NCBI GenBank assembly: GCA_026392695.1
Contig: JAPLBP010000154.1
Coordinates: 7,854-71,853, forward strand
DNA: 64,000 nucleotides
Source: Actinomycetota bacterium
GTDB lineage: Bacteria > Actinomycetota > Actinomycetes > Nanopelagicales > Nanopelagicaceae
Direction: 5' to 3'
A program made the position numbers and the translations under genes. Within the stretch, counting starts at the first letter, position 1. Each line of letters starts with the position of its first letter. This document shows, one piece after another, positions 50,876 through 60,710 of this stretch. Below the pieces are notes generated by a model. It was not told the origin of the DNA. It made no database searches and saw nothing but the letters and a program-made list of their open reading frames with translations.

Positions 50876-53323
50876 ATGTCTACGTCATCACTTCCTGAGC
50901 GCGCAAAGATCGTTGTTATTGGTGGAGGAGTGGGCGGTACTTCAGTTGCCTACCACCTCGCAGAGCTAGGCGAAAAAGATGTGATTTTGCTCGATCGCAG
51001 CGACTTAACGAGTGGTTCCACTTTCCACTCAGCGGGTTTAGTTGGACAACTTCGGGCCGATCCAACGCTTACGAAAATGAATATGCATTCCGTCGATCTC
51101 TATCGGAAACTAGAAGCAACGGACACTCCCCCAAGTTGGAAGGAATGCGGAAGTATCAAACTCGCATCTACTCCAGAGCGAATGGAGGAAATCCGGCGAC
51201 AAGTAGGATGGGCGAAAACTTTTGGACTCGACCTCAAAGAGATTTCACCGCGTGAAGCGCAAAATCTATTCCCACTGATGGATCTTGATGGAGTCATCGG
51301 TGCCTGCTACATGGCATCGGATGGGCAAGTCGACCCTTCTCAACTCGCGCAAGCGCTGGCTGCTGGAGCGCGGCGCGGAGGCGTCAAGATTTTTACGCAT
51401 ACTCGGGTTTTGGGAATTGCAACTAAAAATGGACGAATTTCCCACGTTCAAACCGACAAAGGAACTATTGAATGTGAAGTAGTTGTGAATTGCGGCGGAA
51501 TGTTTGCACCTGAGATTGGTCGGCTAGTTGATGTGCGAATACCAATTGTTCCGATGAGTCATCAATATCTCATTACAGAGAACTTCATGCCGGCTGGGGC
51601 ACAACTTCTTCCATCTTTACGAGACCCAGATCTTCTCATTTACTTTCGACAAGAAGTTGGCGGGCTCCTCATGGGCGGATACGAACGCCAGTCTCGAGCC
51701 TGGACAGCAGATTACGATAATTTTGATTCCATACCCGCGGACTTCAACGGCAAGTTGCTTCCCGAGGAGTGGGAGCGTTTCGAAGATATCGCAGTGAACT
51801 CGCAGAAACGTGTTCCAAAAATGGGTGAAGTTGGAATCAAAAACTTCATTAATGGCCCTGAAGGATTCACCCCCGACAACGAGTTTTGTTTAGGTGAAAC
51901 ATCCGTAGGAGGCTTTTACGTTGCGGCGGGCTTTTGTGCTCATGGAATTGCAGGCGCAGGCGGAATTGGAAAAGTCGTTGCGGAGTGGGTTGTCGCCGGT
52001 GAACCAACAATGGATCTTTGGCACATGGATATCCGTCGCTTTGGAAGCTCTTACGAATCGCCGCGATTTACTTTGGAGAGAGTGACTGAAAATTACGAGG
52101 CTTACTATGACATTCACTACCCGGGTGAAGAGCGCCAAAGTGCACGCCCGCGTAGGAAATCCCCCGTATACGAGTGGCACAAGGGCGCTGGAGCGGTCTT
52201 TGGAGAGAAGGCAAGTTGGGAGAGGGTTAATTTTTATCAACGACATGAAGATAGTTCTAACCTTCCTCCATATGGTTGGGCGAGTAAACATTGGTCAAGT
52301 GCAGTACGCACCGAACATCTAGCCGTTCGGCAGCACGCAGGGCTGTTTGATGAATCAAGTTTTGCAAAACTCCAAGTAACAGGTAAAGAGAGTGCGCGGT
52401 TCCTTAACTATGTATGTGCAAATGATGTAGTTCGTGGAATAGGTAGGACTGTCTATACGCAAGCGCTTAATTCTCGGGCCGGAATTGAATCCGATTACAC
52501 GGTTACTCAAATTAGCGATGCTGAGTTCCTTATCGTCACCGGCACTGCCTTTGCAGTTCATGATAAGAATTGGCTCGAGAAGTTGGCTCGTGAAAAGAAT
52601 TTTAGTGTTGAAATCAAGGACGTCACTACGGAGTTGGCCTGTTTTGGAATTTGGGGACCGAGGTCTCGAGAAATTCTTCAAGACTTGACCGATTACGATA
52701 TGAGTCACGTGAATTTTCCATTCATGCATTCCCGCGAGATTGCTTTGGATGGAATATCTGTCAGAGCTACGCGTATCACCTACGTTGGTGAATTGGGATG
52801 GGAGCTATACCTACCCGTTGAAAATGGTCAGACGCTTTGGTCGTCAATTCTTCAAGCTGGAGAGAAATTTGGTTTGGAAGTTTGCGGATATAGAGCCATT
52901 GAATCCCTTCGTCTAGAAAAGGGATATCGCGCTTGGGGAGTTGAAATATCTACAGAAACCAATCCATTCGAAGCAGGACTGGATTTTGCTGTTTCAAAAA
53001 AGAAAGAATCCTTTCATGGTCGCGATGCCTATCTTGTAGCGAAGACTGCACAAACCCGAGCCTTAGTGCCGATTCTCTTCGACGATATTCGTCGAGTGCC
53101 TCTCGGAAACGAACCCATTCAATTGAATGGGGAAATAATCGGTCGCGTAAAAAGTGGAGGTCAGGGCTACTCCATCGACAAAGCAATCGCCTACGCCTAC
53201 CTTCCATTGGAGAGTTCACGTGTGGGTACTTCGGTAGATGTTGAATTTTTTGGAGAGTGGGTTTCCGGAATAGTTTCGAGCGAACCAATTTTTGATCCTA
53301 CGAACTCTCGAATAAAGTCATAA
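50876..53323 (+). CDS. Dimethylglycine/sarcosine-dehydrogenase-like FAD oxidoreductase fused to a GcvT-type folate-binding domain
   Basis: DAO N-terminus (VVIGGGVGGTSVAYHL; SGSTFHSAGL resembles the covalent-FAD His site) and a C-terminal aminomethyltransferase fold (GLFDESSF.KL.V.G, GYRA.ESLRLEKGY). Confidence 0.8.
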   Translation: MSTSSLPERAKIVVIGGGVGGTSVAYHLAELGEKDVILLDRSDLTSGSTFHSAGLVGQLRADPTLTKMNMHSVDLYRKLEATDTPPSWKECGSIKLASTPERMEEIRRQVGWAKTFGLDLKEISPREAQNLFPLMDLDGVIGACYMASDGQVDPSQLAQALAAGARRGGVKIFTHTRVLGIATKNGRISHVQTDKGTIECEVVVNCGGMFAPEIGRLVDVRIPIVPMSHQYLITENFMPAGAQLLPSLRDPDLLIYFRQEVGGLLMGGYERQSRAWTADYDNFDSIPADFNGKLLPEEWERFEDIAVNSQKRVPKMGEVGIKNFINGPEGFTPDNEFCLGETSVGGFYVAAGFCAHGIAGAGGIGKVVAEWVVAGEPTMDLWHMDIRRFGSSYESPRFTLERVTENYEAYYDIHYPGEERQSARPRRKSPVYEWHKGAGAVFGEKASWERVNFYQRHEDSSNLPPYGWASKHWSSAVRTEHLAVRQHAGLFDESSFAKLQVTGKESARFLNYVCANDVVRGIGRTVYTQALNSRAGIESDYTVTQISDAEFLIVTGTAFAVHDKNWLEKLAREKNFSVEIKDVTTELACFGIWGPRSREILQDLTDYDMSHVNFPFMHSREIALDGISVRATRITYVGELGWELYLPVENGQTLWSSILQAGEKFGLEVCGYRAIESLRLEKGYRAWGVEISTETNPFEAGLDFAVSKKKESFHGRDAYLVAKTAQTRALVPILFDDIRRVPLGNEPIQLNGEIIGRVKSGGQGYSIDKAIAYAYLPLESSRVGTSVDVEFFGEWVSGIVSSEPIFDPTNSRIKS

Positions 53324-53377
53324 AGTTCGGTGGTCCCTGCAAGCAATGCTCACTATTTGAGATGCTAGGAAAAATCT

Positions 53378-53527
53378 TTCTCCACATCTCGTTTCCCCTA
53401 GTACCCATTCATCACCTGCGCTCTTATCGATGATGAGCGACAATCCACAAAGTTACCCACACCTCATAAACACCATTTACACAGGAAAATGAGCGTTATA
53501 CCCCCTTTATCCACAGGTCTACCCACA
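53378..53527 (+). promoter_or_regulatory. Cluster of same-orientation DnaA-box-like 9-mers upstream of dnaB
   Basis: TTCTCCACA 53378-86; CAATCCACA 53441-49; TTACCCACA 53453-61; TTATCCACA (perfect) 53507-15; CTACCCACA 53519-27. There are two pairs with an identical 12-bp start-to-start spacing. Confidence 0.45.
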
Positions 53528-53623
53528 GACGAATTGTGAACTTTTCCCTTCTTTCCTGCGGAGTCCTACCGTTCAGACACGCGCTGATCCCTCATGTCAG
53601 TGCTTATTGGGAGGCTGGTCAGC

Positions 53624-55018
53624 GTGAGCATCGCAGAACTTCCACGGGCACGTAGCGCAGAACCAGAATTTGAGCGCACTCCTCCTCAAGATTTGATTGC
53701 GGAGCAGAGCGTGCTGGGCGGAATGCTGCTGAGCAAAGATGCAATTGCTGATGTTATTGAAATTCTCCGAGAACGAGATTTTTATAGGCCCGCACATGAA
53801 GTTATTTACGATGCAATTCTCGATCTCTATTCGCGCGGTGAACCGGCCGACGCAGTAACGGTTTCTGCGGAACTCACAAAACGAGGCGAGATTGCCCGTG
53901 CAGGTGGTGCGCCATATCTACACACATTGATCTCTTCGGTGCCAACAGCAGCCAACGCTGGTTACTACGCAAAAATTGTTCGCGAGCGCTCAATTATGCG
54001 CCGACTGATTGAGGCTGGAACAAAAATTGTTCAATTGGGATATAGCGGTGAAGGCGATGTTGATGAATCGGTAGATCAAGCACAGGCTGAGGTCTACGCA
54101 GTAACTGAACGTAGATCAAGTGAAGATTATGTTCAGCTCAGTACTTTGTTACCTCAAGCCCTCGACGAGATTGAAGCGATATCAAAAGGCGTTGGTGCTG
54201 AAGGTGTTAAAACTGGATTTACGGAGTTGGACAAGCTCACAAACGGATTGCATCCGGGAAACATGATTATCTTGGCTGCTCGTCCAGCTGTTGGAAAATC
54301 AACGCTAGGTCTGGATATTGCTCGCTATGCATCAATAACAGGCGGACATACATCGGTAATTTTCTCGCTAGAAATGAGCCGTTCTGAAATTACTATGCGT
54401 ATGCTCTCGGCGGAATCGCGCGTTGGCTTACATAATATTCGTGCCGGACAACTCAGTGACGAAGAATGGGCTCGCATGGCGCGGCGAATGGGAGAGATCT
54501 CAGCGGCCCCACTTTTTATTGACGATTCTCCCAACCTGTCACTCATGGAAATTAGGGCGAAAGCTCGACGACTAAAACAGCGTCACGACCTCAAACTTAT
54601 CGTCATTGATTATTTGCAGTTGATGACGAGTGGAAAAAGAGTTGAAAATCGCCAGCAGGAAGTTTCAGAGTTCTCGCGACAACTTAAACTTTTAGCAAAA
54701 GAACTTGATGTTCCCGTTATTGCAATCTCACAGTTGAATAGATCTCCTGAGCAACGCTCCGATAAGAAGCCGATGCTCTCTGATCTTCGTGAATCCGGCT
54801 CTATTGAGCAGGATGCTGACGTGGTGATTTTGCTTCACAGAGATGACCTTTATGACAACCAGAATCGCTCAGGTGAGGCTGATTTAATTATTGCGAAACA
54901 CAGAAACGGGCCAACTAAAACGATTACGGTAGCTGCGCAACTCCACTTTGCTCGCTTTGTAGATATGGTCCAAAGTCCTGGAGCGGTGGACTGGACCCAG
55001 CAAAGGGGCGAAAACTAG
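53624..55018 (+). CDS. dnaB: Replicative DNA helicase DnaB
   Basis: Motifs PPQDLIAEQSVLGGML, Walker A ARPAVGKST, IVIDYLQL, SQLNR, RESGSIEQDAD. GTG 53624 is 9 nt after GGGAGG (the track start is 53594). Length shows no intein. Confidence 0.92.
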   Translation: MSIAELPRARSAEPEFERTPPQDLIAEQSVLGGMLLSKDAIADVIEILRERDFYRPAHEVIYDAILDLYSRGEPADAVTVSAELTKRGEIARAGGAPYLHTLISSVPTAANAGYYAKIVRERSIMRRLIEAGTKIVQLGYSGEGDVDESVDQAQAEVYAVTERRSSEDYVQLSTLLPQALDEIEAISKGVGAEGVKTGFTELDKLTNGLHPGNMIILAARPAVGKSTLGLDIARYASITGGHTSVIFSLEMSRSEITMRMLSAESRVGLHNIRAGQLSDEEWARMARRMGEISAAPLFIDDSPNLSLMEIRAKARRLKQRHDLKLIVIDYLQLMTSGKRVENRQQEVSEFSRQLKLLAKELDVPVIAISQLNRSPEQRSDKKPMLSDLRESGSIEQDADVVILLHRDDLYDNQNRSGEADLIIAKHRNGPTKTITVAAQLHFARFVDMVQSPGAVDWTQQRGEN

Positions 55019-55021
55019 CGA

Positions 55022-55942
55022 TTAATGAGTTGATCGCCGTGCACGGTCGGCAAGAATAATCCCCACGATCACGATGACTGCTCCTACAAGTTGAATTATT
55101 GAAAATGTTTCACTGAGCCACCACCATGCAAACCCGCCGGCAACGACTGGCTCTAGCATTCCAATCGTGCTACTGGTTGAGGCTGATAGCGATTTTAGGC
55201 CGGTAAGTACAAACATGTAGGGAACGATTGTTCCCATAACTACTATCCAGAGAATAATCACCCAACCTGGTACCTGGGTGGTGTTAAATCTTCCCAAGAG
55301 ACTGACTTTTTGAGAAAAAATATGAAAAGGAAAACTCCAGACTGGGGTAACGATTGCCCACCAAAGGCTGGCAAAACCAAGCCCCCAAACTGTCAAAGTA
55401 TCCGTTGATCGACGCGCAACGAGTTTTTCGCCCATTAAGAAATATGCAGCCAACGCGAACGCATCGAGAAAGGCGGCAAGGAGTCCGATGCCGTCCAGCG
55501 TCATACCTTTCCAAACTTGAGCAAGCAATAACAAGCCGGAAAATCCCATCAGAAGTGAGATCCACATTAAAGAGGGAACATCACGCTTCTTAATGAACCG
55601 TATATATATGACGATCCAGATGGGCGCAGTAAATTCAATAATGAGAGCGAGGCTGACATGCATTCGCGTTATCGCAATGAAATAGCCCGTTTGAACTGCA
55701 GCAAAGCCAATCACGCCGTAAGCGATGAGCCACGGCAATTCTTTTTTATTGGTGCGCAGTGATGTGCCTCGACGTAGAAGTACAAAGACGAGGAGAAGAA
55801 CGAATGCACCCGTGCAACGAATCTGGACTAGACGCATGGCAGATAAATCAGTGGTGAGAATTATCTTCGAGACGATTCCATTAAAAGCAAAGAAAATAGA
55901 GCCGCATACCAAGAAAATCTCAGCGCGCAGCGATTTCAACAC
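55022..55942 (-). CDS. EamA/DMT-family transporter
   Basis: 306 aa, 10 TM segments, two EamA-like halves. Confidence 0.85.
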   Translation of the reverse strand: MLKSLRAEIFLVCGSIFFAFNGIVSKIILTTDLSAMRLVQIRCTGAFVLLLVFVLLRRGTSLRTNKKELPWLIAYGVIGFAAVQTGYFIAITRMHVSLALIIEFTAPIWIVIYIRFIKKRDVPSLMWISLLMGFSGLLLLAQVWKGMTLDGIGLLAAFLDAFALAAYFLMGEKLVARRSTDTLTVWGLGFASLWWAIVTPVWSFPFHIFSQKVSLLGRFNTTQVPGWVIILWIVVMGTIVPYMFVLTGLKSLSASTSSTIGMLEPVVAGGFAWWWLSETFSIIQLVGAVIVIVGIILADRARRSTH

Positions 55943-55956
55943 TTACGAAGCGTACT

Positions 55957-57783
55957 TTAAAACGCTCCCTCGGAAATCTCCATAATTGAGTTATCGGTAG
56001 CTTCGACTATTTCACGATCGGCGGCGATATGAGGCAAATAATTCTTTACAAAGAATTGCGCAGAAGCGACCTTCCCTGCATAAAATTCTGAATCTTTACC
56101 TGCGGTTGGCATTTTCGCCAAAGAGATCTCGGCTTGGCGAAGCAGCAACCACGCTGTGATGATGTCACCGACAGCCATCAGGCACCGTGAGGTATTTAGC
56201 CCCACTTTGTAAATCTCTTCAGCGTCACTTTGCGAATTCATGGCATGTCCGACAAGAACACCGATAATGGCATTGAGGTTATCAACCGCCTTTTTCAATC
56301 CAGCCTTTTCTTCCAGAAGAACTCCACCGGATTGGGTGTAAGCGCTGATTTCTTTGGCCAGTAGTCCGATTGCTCTTCCACCATCCTTAACAATCTTTCG
56401 GAAGAAGAAATCAAGTCCTTGAATTGCGGTTGTTCCTTCATACAAAGTGTCTATTTTTGCATCTCGGACGTATTGCTCAAGCGGCCAGTCCTGCGTAAAG
56501 CCCGAACCTCCAAATGTTTGGAGAGATTCGGTGCCAAGTAAAGTCCACGATTTTTCGCTACCAAATCCTTTTACGACTGGAAGCAAAAGATCGTTGAGAG
56601 ACTCTAAATCATCGAGTTTTGACTTATCTCCATCGCTAGAGCGAGCCATGGCAATTGCATCTTGGATCGATGCCGTGTATAGCACAAGCGCGCGGAGCCC
56701 CTCAGAATAAGATTTTTGAACCATAAGAGAACGTCGCACATCAGGATGATGAATGATCGTAACTCGTGGGCTCGCCTTGTCATTCATGGCTTTCATATCT
56801 CCACCTTGAACGCGGGTTTTCGCGTAAGCCAAAGCTTGCTGATAGCCAGCCGAAAGCGTCGCGATCGCTTTGGTACCAACCATCATCCGAGCAAATTCAA
56901 TGACCTTAAACATTTGCGCAATTCCCTCGTGTACTTCACCGAGGAGATATCCGACCGCCGGTTCCTTTTCGCCCAAATTCATTTCACATGTCGAGGAAAC
57001 ATTGAGTCCCATTTTGTGTTCTACTTTTGTGACATAGACACCGTTGCGCTTTCCTAGTGCTCCTGTTTCAAAGTCGAACATAAATTTTGGAATCAAGAAA
57101 AGACTCAATCCCTTAGTGCCAGGCCCCCCACCTTCGCGGCGAGCAAGAACGTAATGAATAATGTTCTCGTTGAGATCGCTATCACCTGAAGTAATGAATC
57201 GTTTTGTGCCTGTGATATGCCATGTTCCATCGGACTGCTTGACTGCTTTCGCGCGACCTGCGCCGACATCACTGCCCGCTTCTGGTTCGGTGAGCATCAT
57301 CGATGCACCCCAATCGCGATCGACCATGAGTTTGGCAATTTTTTTCTGCTCGTCGGTTCCTAAATAGAAAGCAACTTGTGCGAAAGAGGTTCCTGACGCA
57401 TAGATGTGAACTGACGGGTTTGAGCCAAGAACCATTTCTGCAATTGCCCATCGAAGAGAGGCTGGGATAACTGTTCCACCCAATTCTGTCGGCGCATCAA
57501 TGCGCCACCACTCGCCATCCATATACGCTCGATATGACTTGATAAAGGAAGCAGGCAGTTTCACATCTCCAGTTGCTGGGTTGAAATCAACCCCGAGGCG
57601 ATCGCCTTCTATAAAAGATGCGGCGAGATCATTTTCTGAAAGGCGCTTAACTTCTTCCAGCATGCCCATCACAGTTTCGCGATCGAGGTCCTTGTAGATG
57701 GACGTTCCGAGAACAGAGTCTCTCTCCAACAAGTCAAAAAGACAGAATTCGATATCGCGCAGATTCGCTATGTAATGGCCCAT
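55957..57783 (-). CDS. Long-form acyl-CoA dehydrogenase
   Basis: 608 aa with an N-terminal extension and ACAD core (MMLTEPEAGSDVG, GTKRFITSG, YEGTTAIQ). AGGAGA RBS. Confidence 0.88.
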   Translation of the reverse strand: MGHYIANLRDIEFCLFDLLERDSVLGTSIYKDLDRETVMGMLEEVKRLSENDLAASFIEGDRLGVDFNPATGDVKLPASFIKSYRAYMDGEWWRIDAPTELGGTVIPASLRWAIAEMVLGSNPSVHIYASGTSFAQVAFYLGTDEQKKIAKLMVDRDWGASMMLTEPEAGSDVGAGRAKAVKQSDGTWHITGTKRFITSGDSDLNENIIHYVLARREGGGPGTKGLSLFLIPKFMFDFETGALGKRNGVYVTKVEHKMGLNVSSTCEMNLGEKEPAVGYLLGEVHEGIAQMFKVIEFARMMVGTKAIATLSAGYQQALAYAKTRVQGGDMKAMNDKASPRVTIIHHPDVRRSLMVQKSYSEGLRALVLYTASIQDAIAMARSSDGDKSKLDDLESLNDLLLPVVKGFGSEKSWTLLGTESLQTFGGSGFTQDWPLEQYVRDAKIDTLYEGTTAIQGLDFFFRKIVKDGGRAIGLLAKEISAYTQSGGVLLEEKAGLKKAVDNLNAIIGVLVGHAMNSQSDAEEIYKVGLNTSRCLMAVGDIITAWLLLRQAEISLAKMPTAGKDSEFYAGKVASAQFFVKNYLPHIAADREIVEATDNSIMEISEGAF

Positions 57784-57984
57784 GAGCGTCTTTTCTCCTG
57801 ATCACTTAAGTACAACGACTAGTACGCAAGGATGCTACTGGTGGGTAACTTATGCAACCTCTTCCGCGATTGGCGATTCGGGGGTTATGCTCTCGGCGTT
57901 GACAAGAACTTCCCCAAGTTCGCCAGCGGTTTCATAACCGATGGTCAACTCCAGTGCAACTGGTAATTGTCGAGGAGGCAGTAC

Positions 57985-59550
57985 GTGGTATCGCGAACCG
58001 ATAGCCCGAGAACGAGCGCCGCTAGAGCGCTGGCCCAGCAAGTTGGCCTGCCATTCGTCGAACTTATTGATTATCCGATAGAACGAGCCGCGGTTTCGAT
58101 GGTTTCCCCAGCAATCTGCCGTCGCCATGAAGTTCTCCCGATTGCGTTGAATAACGGTCGCCTCATTTTGGCGATGGCCGACCCTGGCAATGTGGTTGCG
58201 ATAGATGATGTGAGAAGCGCTGCCCGAACGCCGATTGATGCTGTTGGAGTAGAACGCGTGGATTTACTGGCGGCGATCGACAGATTTCTCAGGGCCGATG
58301 ATGAATTAAGCGACCTGACCTCTGAGCTCATTGAAAAGAACGCTCCGGTTGAAACAATGGATTTCGCCTTCACTGAGGCCCTTGAAGACGATGCCCCAAT
58401 TGTCCGTTTTGTGAATCTGTTGGTTAGCCAAGCTATCCAGGACCATGCCTCGGATATCCATATCGAGCCAGCCGAAGATGGTGTTCGTGTTCGATATCGC
58501 ATCGATGGGGTTCTGCATGAAATGCAAAGCGCCCCAAAAAGTATTCAGAGCGGCGTGATTTCGCGCCTCAAGATTATGAGCGATATCGACATAGCCGAAA
58601 GGCGAAAACCGCAGGACGGACGAATGTCTGTAAGCCATGGGGGGCGCAAGATCGATTTGCGCGTTGCTACCTTGCCCACGGTGTGGGGCGAAAAGATCGT
58701 GATGAGAATTCTCGATAATCCTAATTCAAATCTGGATATTCGCGATCTTGCCTTGCTTGACCATAACTTCGAGGCTTACAAATCTTCGTACTCCAAACCC
58801 TACGGAATGATTCTTATTACGGGCCCGACAGGTTCGGGAAAGTCAACGACTCTGTATACGACTCTTGGGGCGGTTGCTCGTCCTGAGATCAACGTCATCA
58901 CAGTTGAAGACCCGGTGGAATATCGGATGAAAGGGATTAACCAAGTTCAGGTTAATCCGAAAGCAGGTTTAACTTTTGCTAGCGCATTGCGTTCGATTTT
59001 ACGAAGCGATCCCGATGTGGTTCTCATCGGAGAAATTCGAGATCACGAAACAGCTCAAATTGCAGTTGAAGCTTCCCTTACTGGCCACTTAGTTCTCTCG
59101 ACGCTGCACACCAATGATGCGCCGAGTGCGATAACTCGTTTGACTGAAATGGACATTGAGCCATTCCTTGTTGGTTCCGCTCTCGATTGCGTTGTTGCGC
59201 AACGTTTGGCGCGCAGACTGTGCGGACATTGCAAGAAAGCGGTTGAACATGACGCTGAGTATCTAGCAAATTTGCGTTTTGGCTTTGATGTCGACCAACG
59301 CCCGCCAATTATTTATCAACCTCAGGGATGCGCGAGTTGTTCTAATACTGGTTACCGAGGTCGAATCGCTGTTCATGAGGTCATGATGGTCACTGAAGAA
59401 ATTGAGCGGCTCACTGTTGCTCGATCCTCAAGTGCTGAGATCGGAAGAATGGCGCGACAACAAGGGATGATCACCCTACGTGAAGACGGATGGGAAAAAG
59501 TAAAACTTGGTCTTACTTCTGTCGAAGAGATTCTGCGAGTAGTCGCCTAA
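57985..59550 (+). CDS. pilB: Type IV pilus assembly ATPase PilB (GspE family)
   Basis: GspE_N-like head (LPFVELIDYPI...LILAMADPGN), Walker A GPTGSGKST, Asp/His boxes, tetracysteine CGHC...CASC. GTG 57985 follows GAGGAGG. Confidence 0.9.
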   Translation: MVSRTDSPRTSAARALAQQVGLPFVELIDYPIERAAVSMVSPAICRRHEVLPIALNNGRLILAMADPGNVVAIDDVRSAARTPIDAVGVERVDLLAAIDRFLRADDELSDLTSELIEKNAPVETMDFAFTEALEDDAPIVRFVNLLVSQAIQDHASDIHIEPAEDGVRVRYRIDGVLHEMQSAPKSIQSGVISRLKIMSDIDIAERRKPQDGRMSVSHGGRKIDLRVATLPTVWGEKIVMRILDNPNSNLDIRDLALLDHNFEAYKSSYSKPYGMILITGPTGSGKSTTLYTTLGAVARPEINVITVEDPVEYRMKGINQVQVNPKAGLTFASALRSILRSDPDVVLIGEIRDHETAQIAVEASLTGHLVLSTLHTNDAPSAITRLTEMDIEPFLVGSALDCVVAQRLARRLCGHCKKAVEHDAEYLANLRFGFDVDQRPPIIYQPQGCASCSNTGYRGRIAVHEVMMVTEEIERLTVARSSSAEIGRMARQQGMITLREDGWEKVKLGLTSVEEILRVVA

Positions 59551-60710
59551 TGAGCTCTTTACTTTCTCCACATCCAGATCTGATCTCGATTCTTGAACAG
59601 GTGGCAATTCAGCGAGCTTCGGATCTCCATCTCACTGCAGGAGCCTCACCCATGTTGCGCGTGAATGGTTCTTTGCAATCCATTGGCAATTCAGATCCTT
59701 GGAGCGCAGAAAAAGTGACTGAAGCGTTACTCACTCTTTTGTCAGAGCCTCAACGGGAGATATTTTCTCATGAACTTGAATTGGATTTCGCTTTCACGTT
59801 GACGACAGGTGCCCGATTCCGCGTGAACTATTATCAGCAGCGTGGGTCAATGGGCGCGGCTTTTCGCTTAATCCCGACTGAACTTAAAGGTCTAAAGGAT
59901 CTAGGTATTCCAGATACCGTCGCAAAATTTGCACAACTCGCCCGCGGATTGGTTCTCGTAACTGGCCCAACTGGATCGGGCAAATCCACGACTCTGGCAG
60001 CTCTTATAGACCTTGTAAATCAAACTCGTGCCGACCACATTGTCACTGTCGAAGATCCGATTGAATTTCTACACGGCAACAAGAAGTCAATAGTGAATCA
60101 AAGAGAGGTTGGATCTGATTCACATAGCTTCGGGTCCGCACTCAAGCACGTATTGCGGCAAGACCCTGATGTGATTTTGATTGGCGAAATGCGAGATTTG
60201 GAAACGATCTCTGTCGCCCTAACAGCAGCCGAGACGGGTCACCTCGTATTTGCAACCCTTCACACTCAAGATGCCCCGCAAACTATTGATCGAATTATTG
60301 ATGTATTTCCATCCCATCAGCAGGATCAAGTTCGCACGCAGTTAGCATCAACACTGCAAGGGGTGGTTTGCCAAACGTTAGTGAAGAGGGCTGACGGATC
60401 TGGTCGAGCCGTGGTCACGGAGGTTTTAGTTACAACACCAGCGGTAGCGAACCTAATTCGTGAAGGCAAGACCTACCAAATTATTTCCATGATGCAAGCG
60501 GGAAGAAACCTGGGTATGCACACCATGGATCAGCATCTAGCCGAGCTTGTTAGTACCGGCGTAATTTCCTATGACACTGCGGTAGAAAAGGCTCATGATG
60601 CAGACAATTTCTCGCGATTAACGCAAGGGGCACAGGTGACTATCAATTCTCAACGCGCAAACACGGGAGCGATTGATTTTGGCGATTCGTTCTCCAGAGG
60701 GTCTAGATAA
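59550..60710 (+). CDS. pilT: Type IV pilus retraction ATPase PilT
   Basis: ASDLHL start region, Walker A GPTGSGKST, IGEMRD, TGHLVFATLHT. No GspE_N domain. TAATG overlap with pilB. Confidence 0.88.
   Translation: MSSLLSPHPDLISILEQVAIQRASDLHLTAGASPMLRVNGSLQSIGNSDPWSAEKVTEALLTLLSEPQREIFSHELELDFAFTLTTGARFRVNYYQQRGSMGAAFRLIPTELKGLKDLGIPDTVAKFAQLARGLVLVTGPTGSGKSTTLAALIDLVNQTRADHIVTVEDPIEFLHGNKKSIVNQREVGSDSHSFGSALKHVLRQDPDVILIGEMRDLETISVALTAAETGHLVFATLHTQDAPQTIDRIIDVFPSHQQDQVRTQLASTLQGVVCQTLVKRADGSGRAVVTEVLVTTPAVANLIREGKTYQIISMMQAGRNLGMHTMDQHLAELVSTGVISYDTAVEKAHDADNFSRLTQGAQVTINSQRANTGAIDFGDSFSRGSR

Noticed and set aside
57899-57904. TTGACA hexamer as the pilB -35 element
   Set aside because: No acceptable -10 (TANNNT) lies at 16-19 nt spacing, so the pilB promoter remains unassigned.
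57850-58128. 92-aa minus-strand ORF between the acyl-CoA dehydrogenase gene and pilB
   Set aside because: It overlaps the conserved GspE_N-like N-terminus of PilB in antisense, has no recognisable motif and has no RBS.
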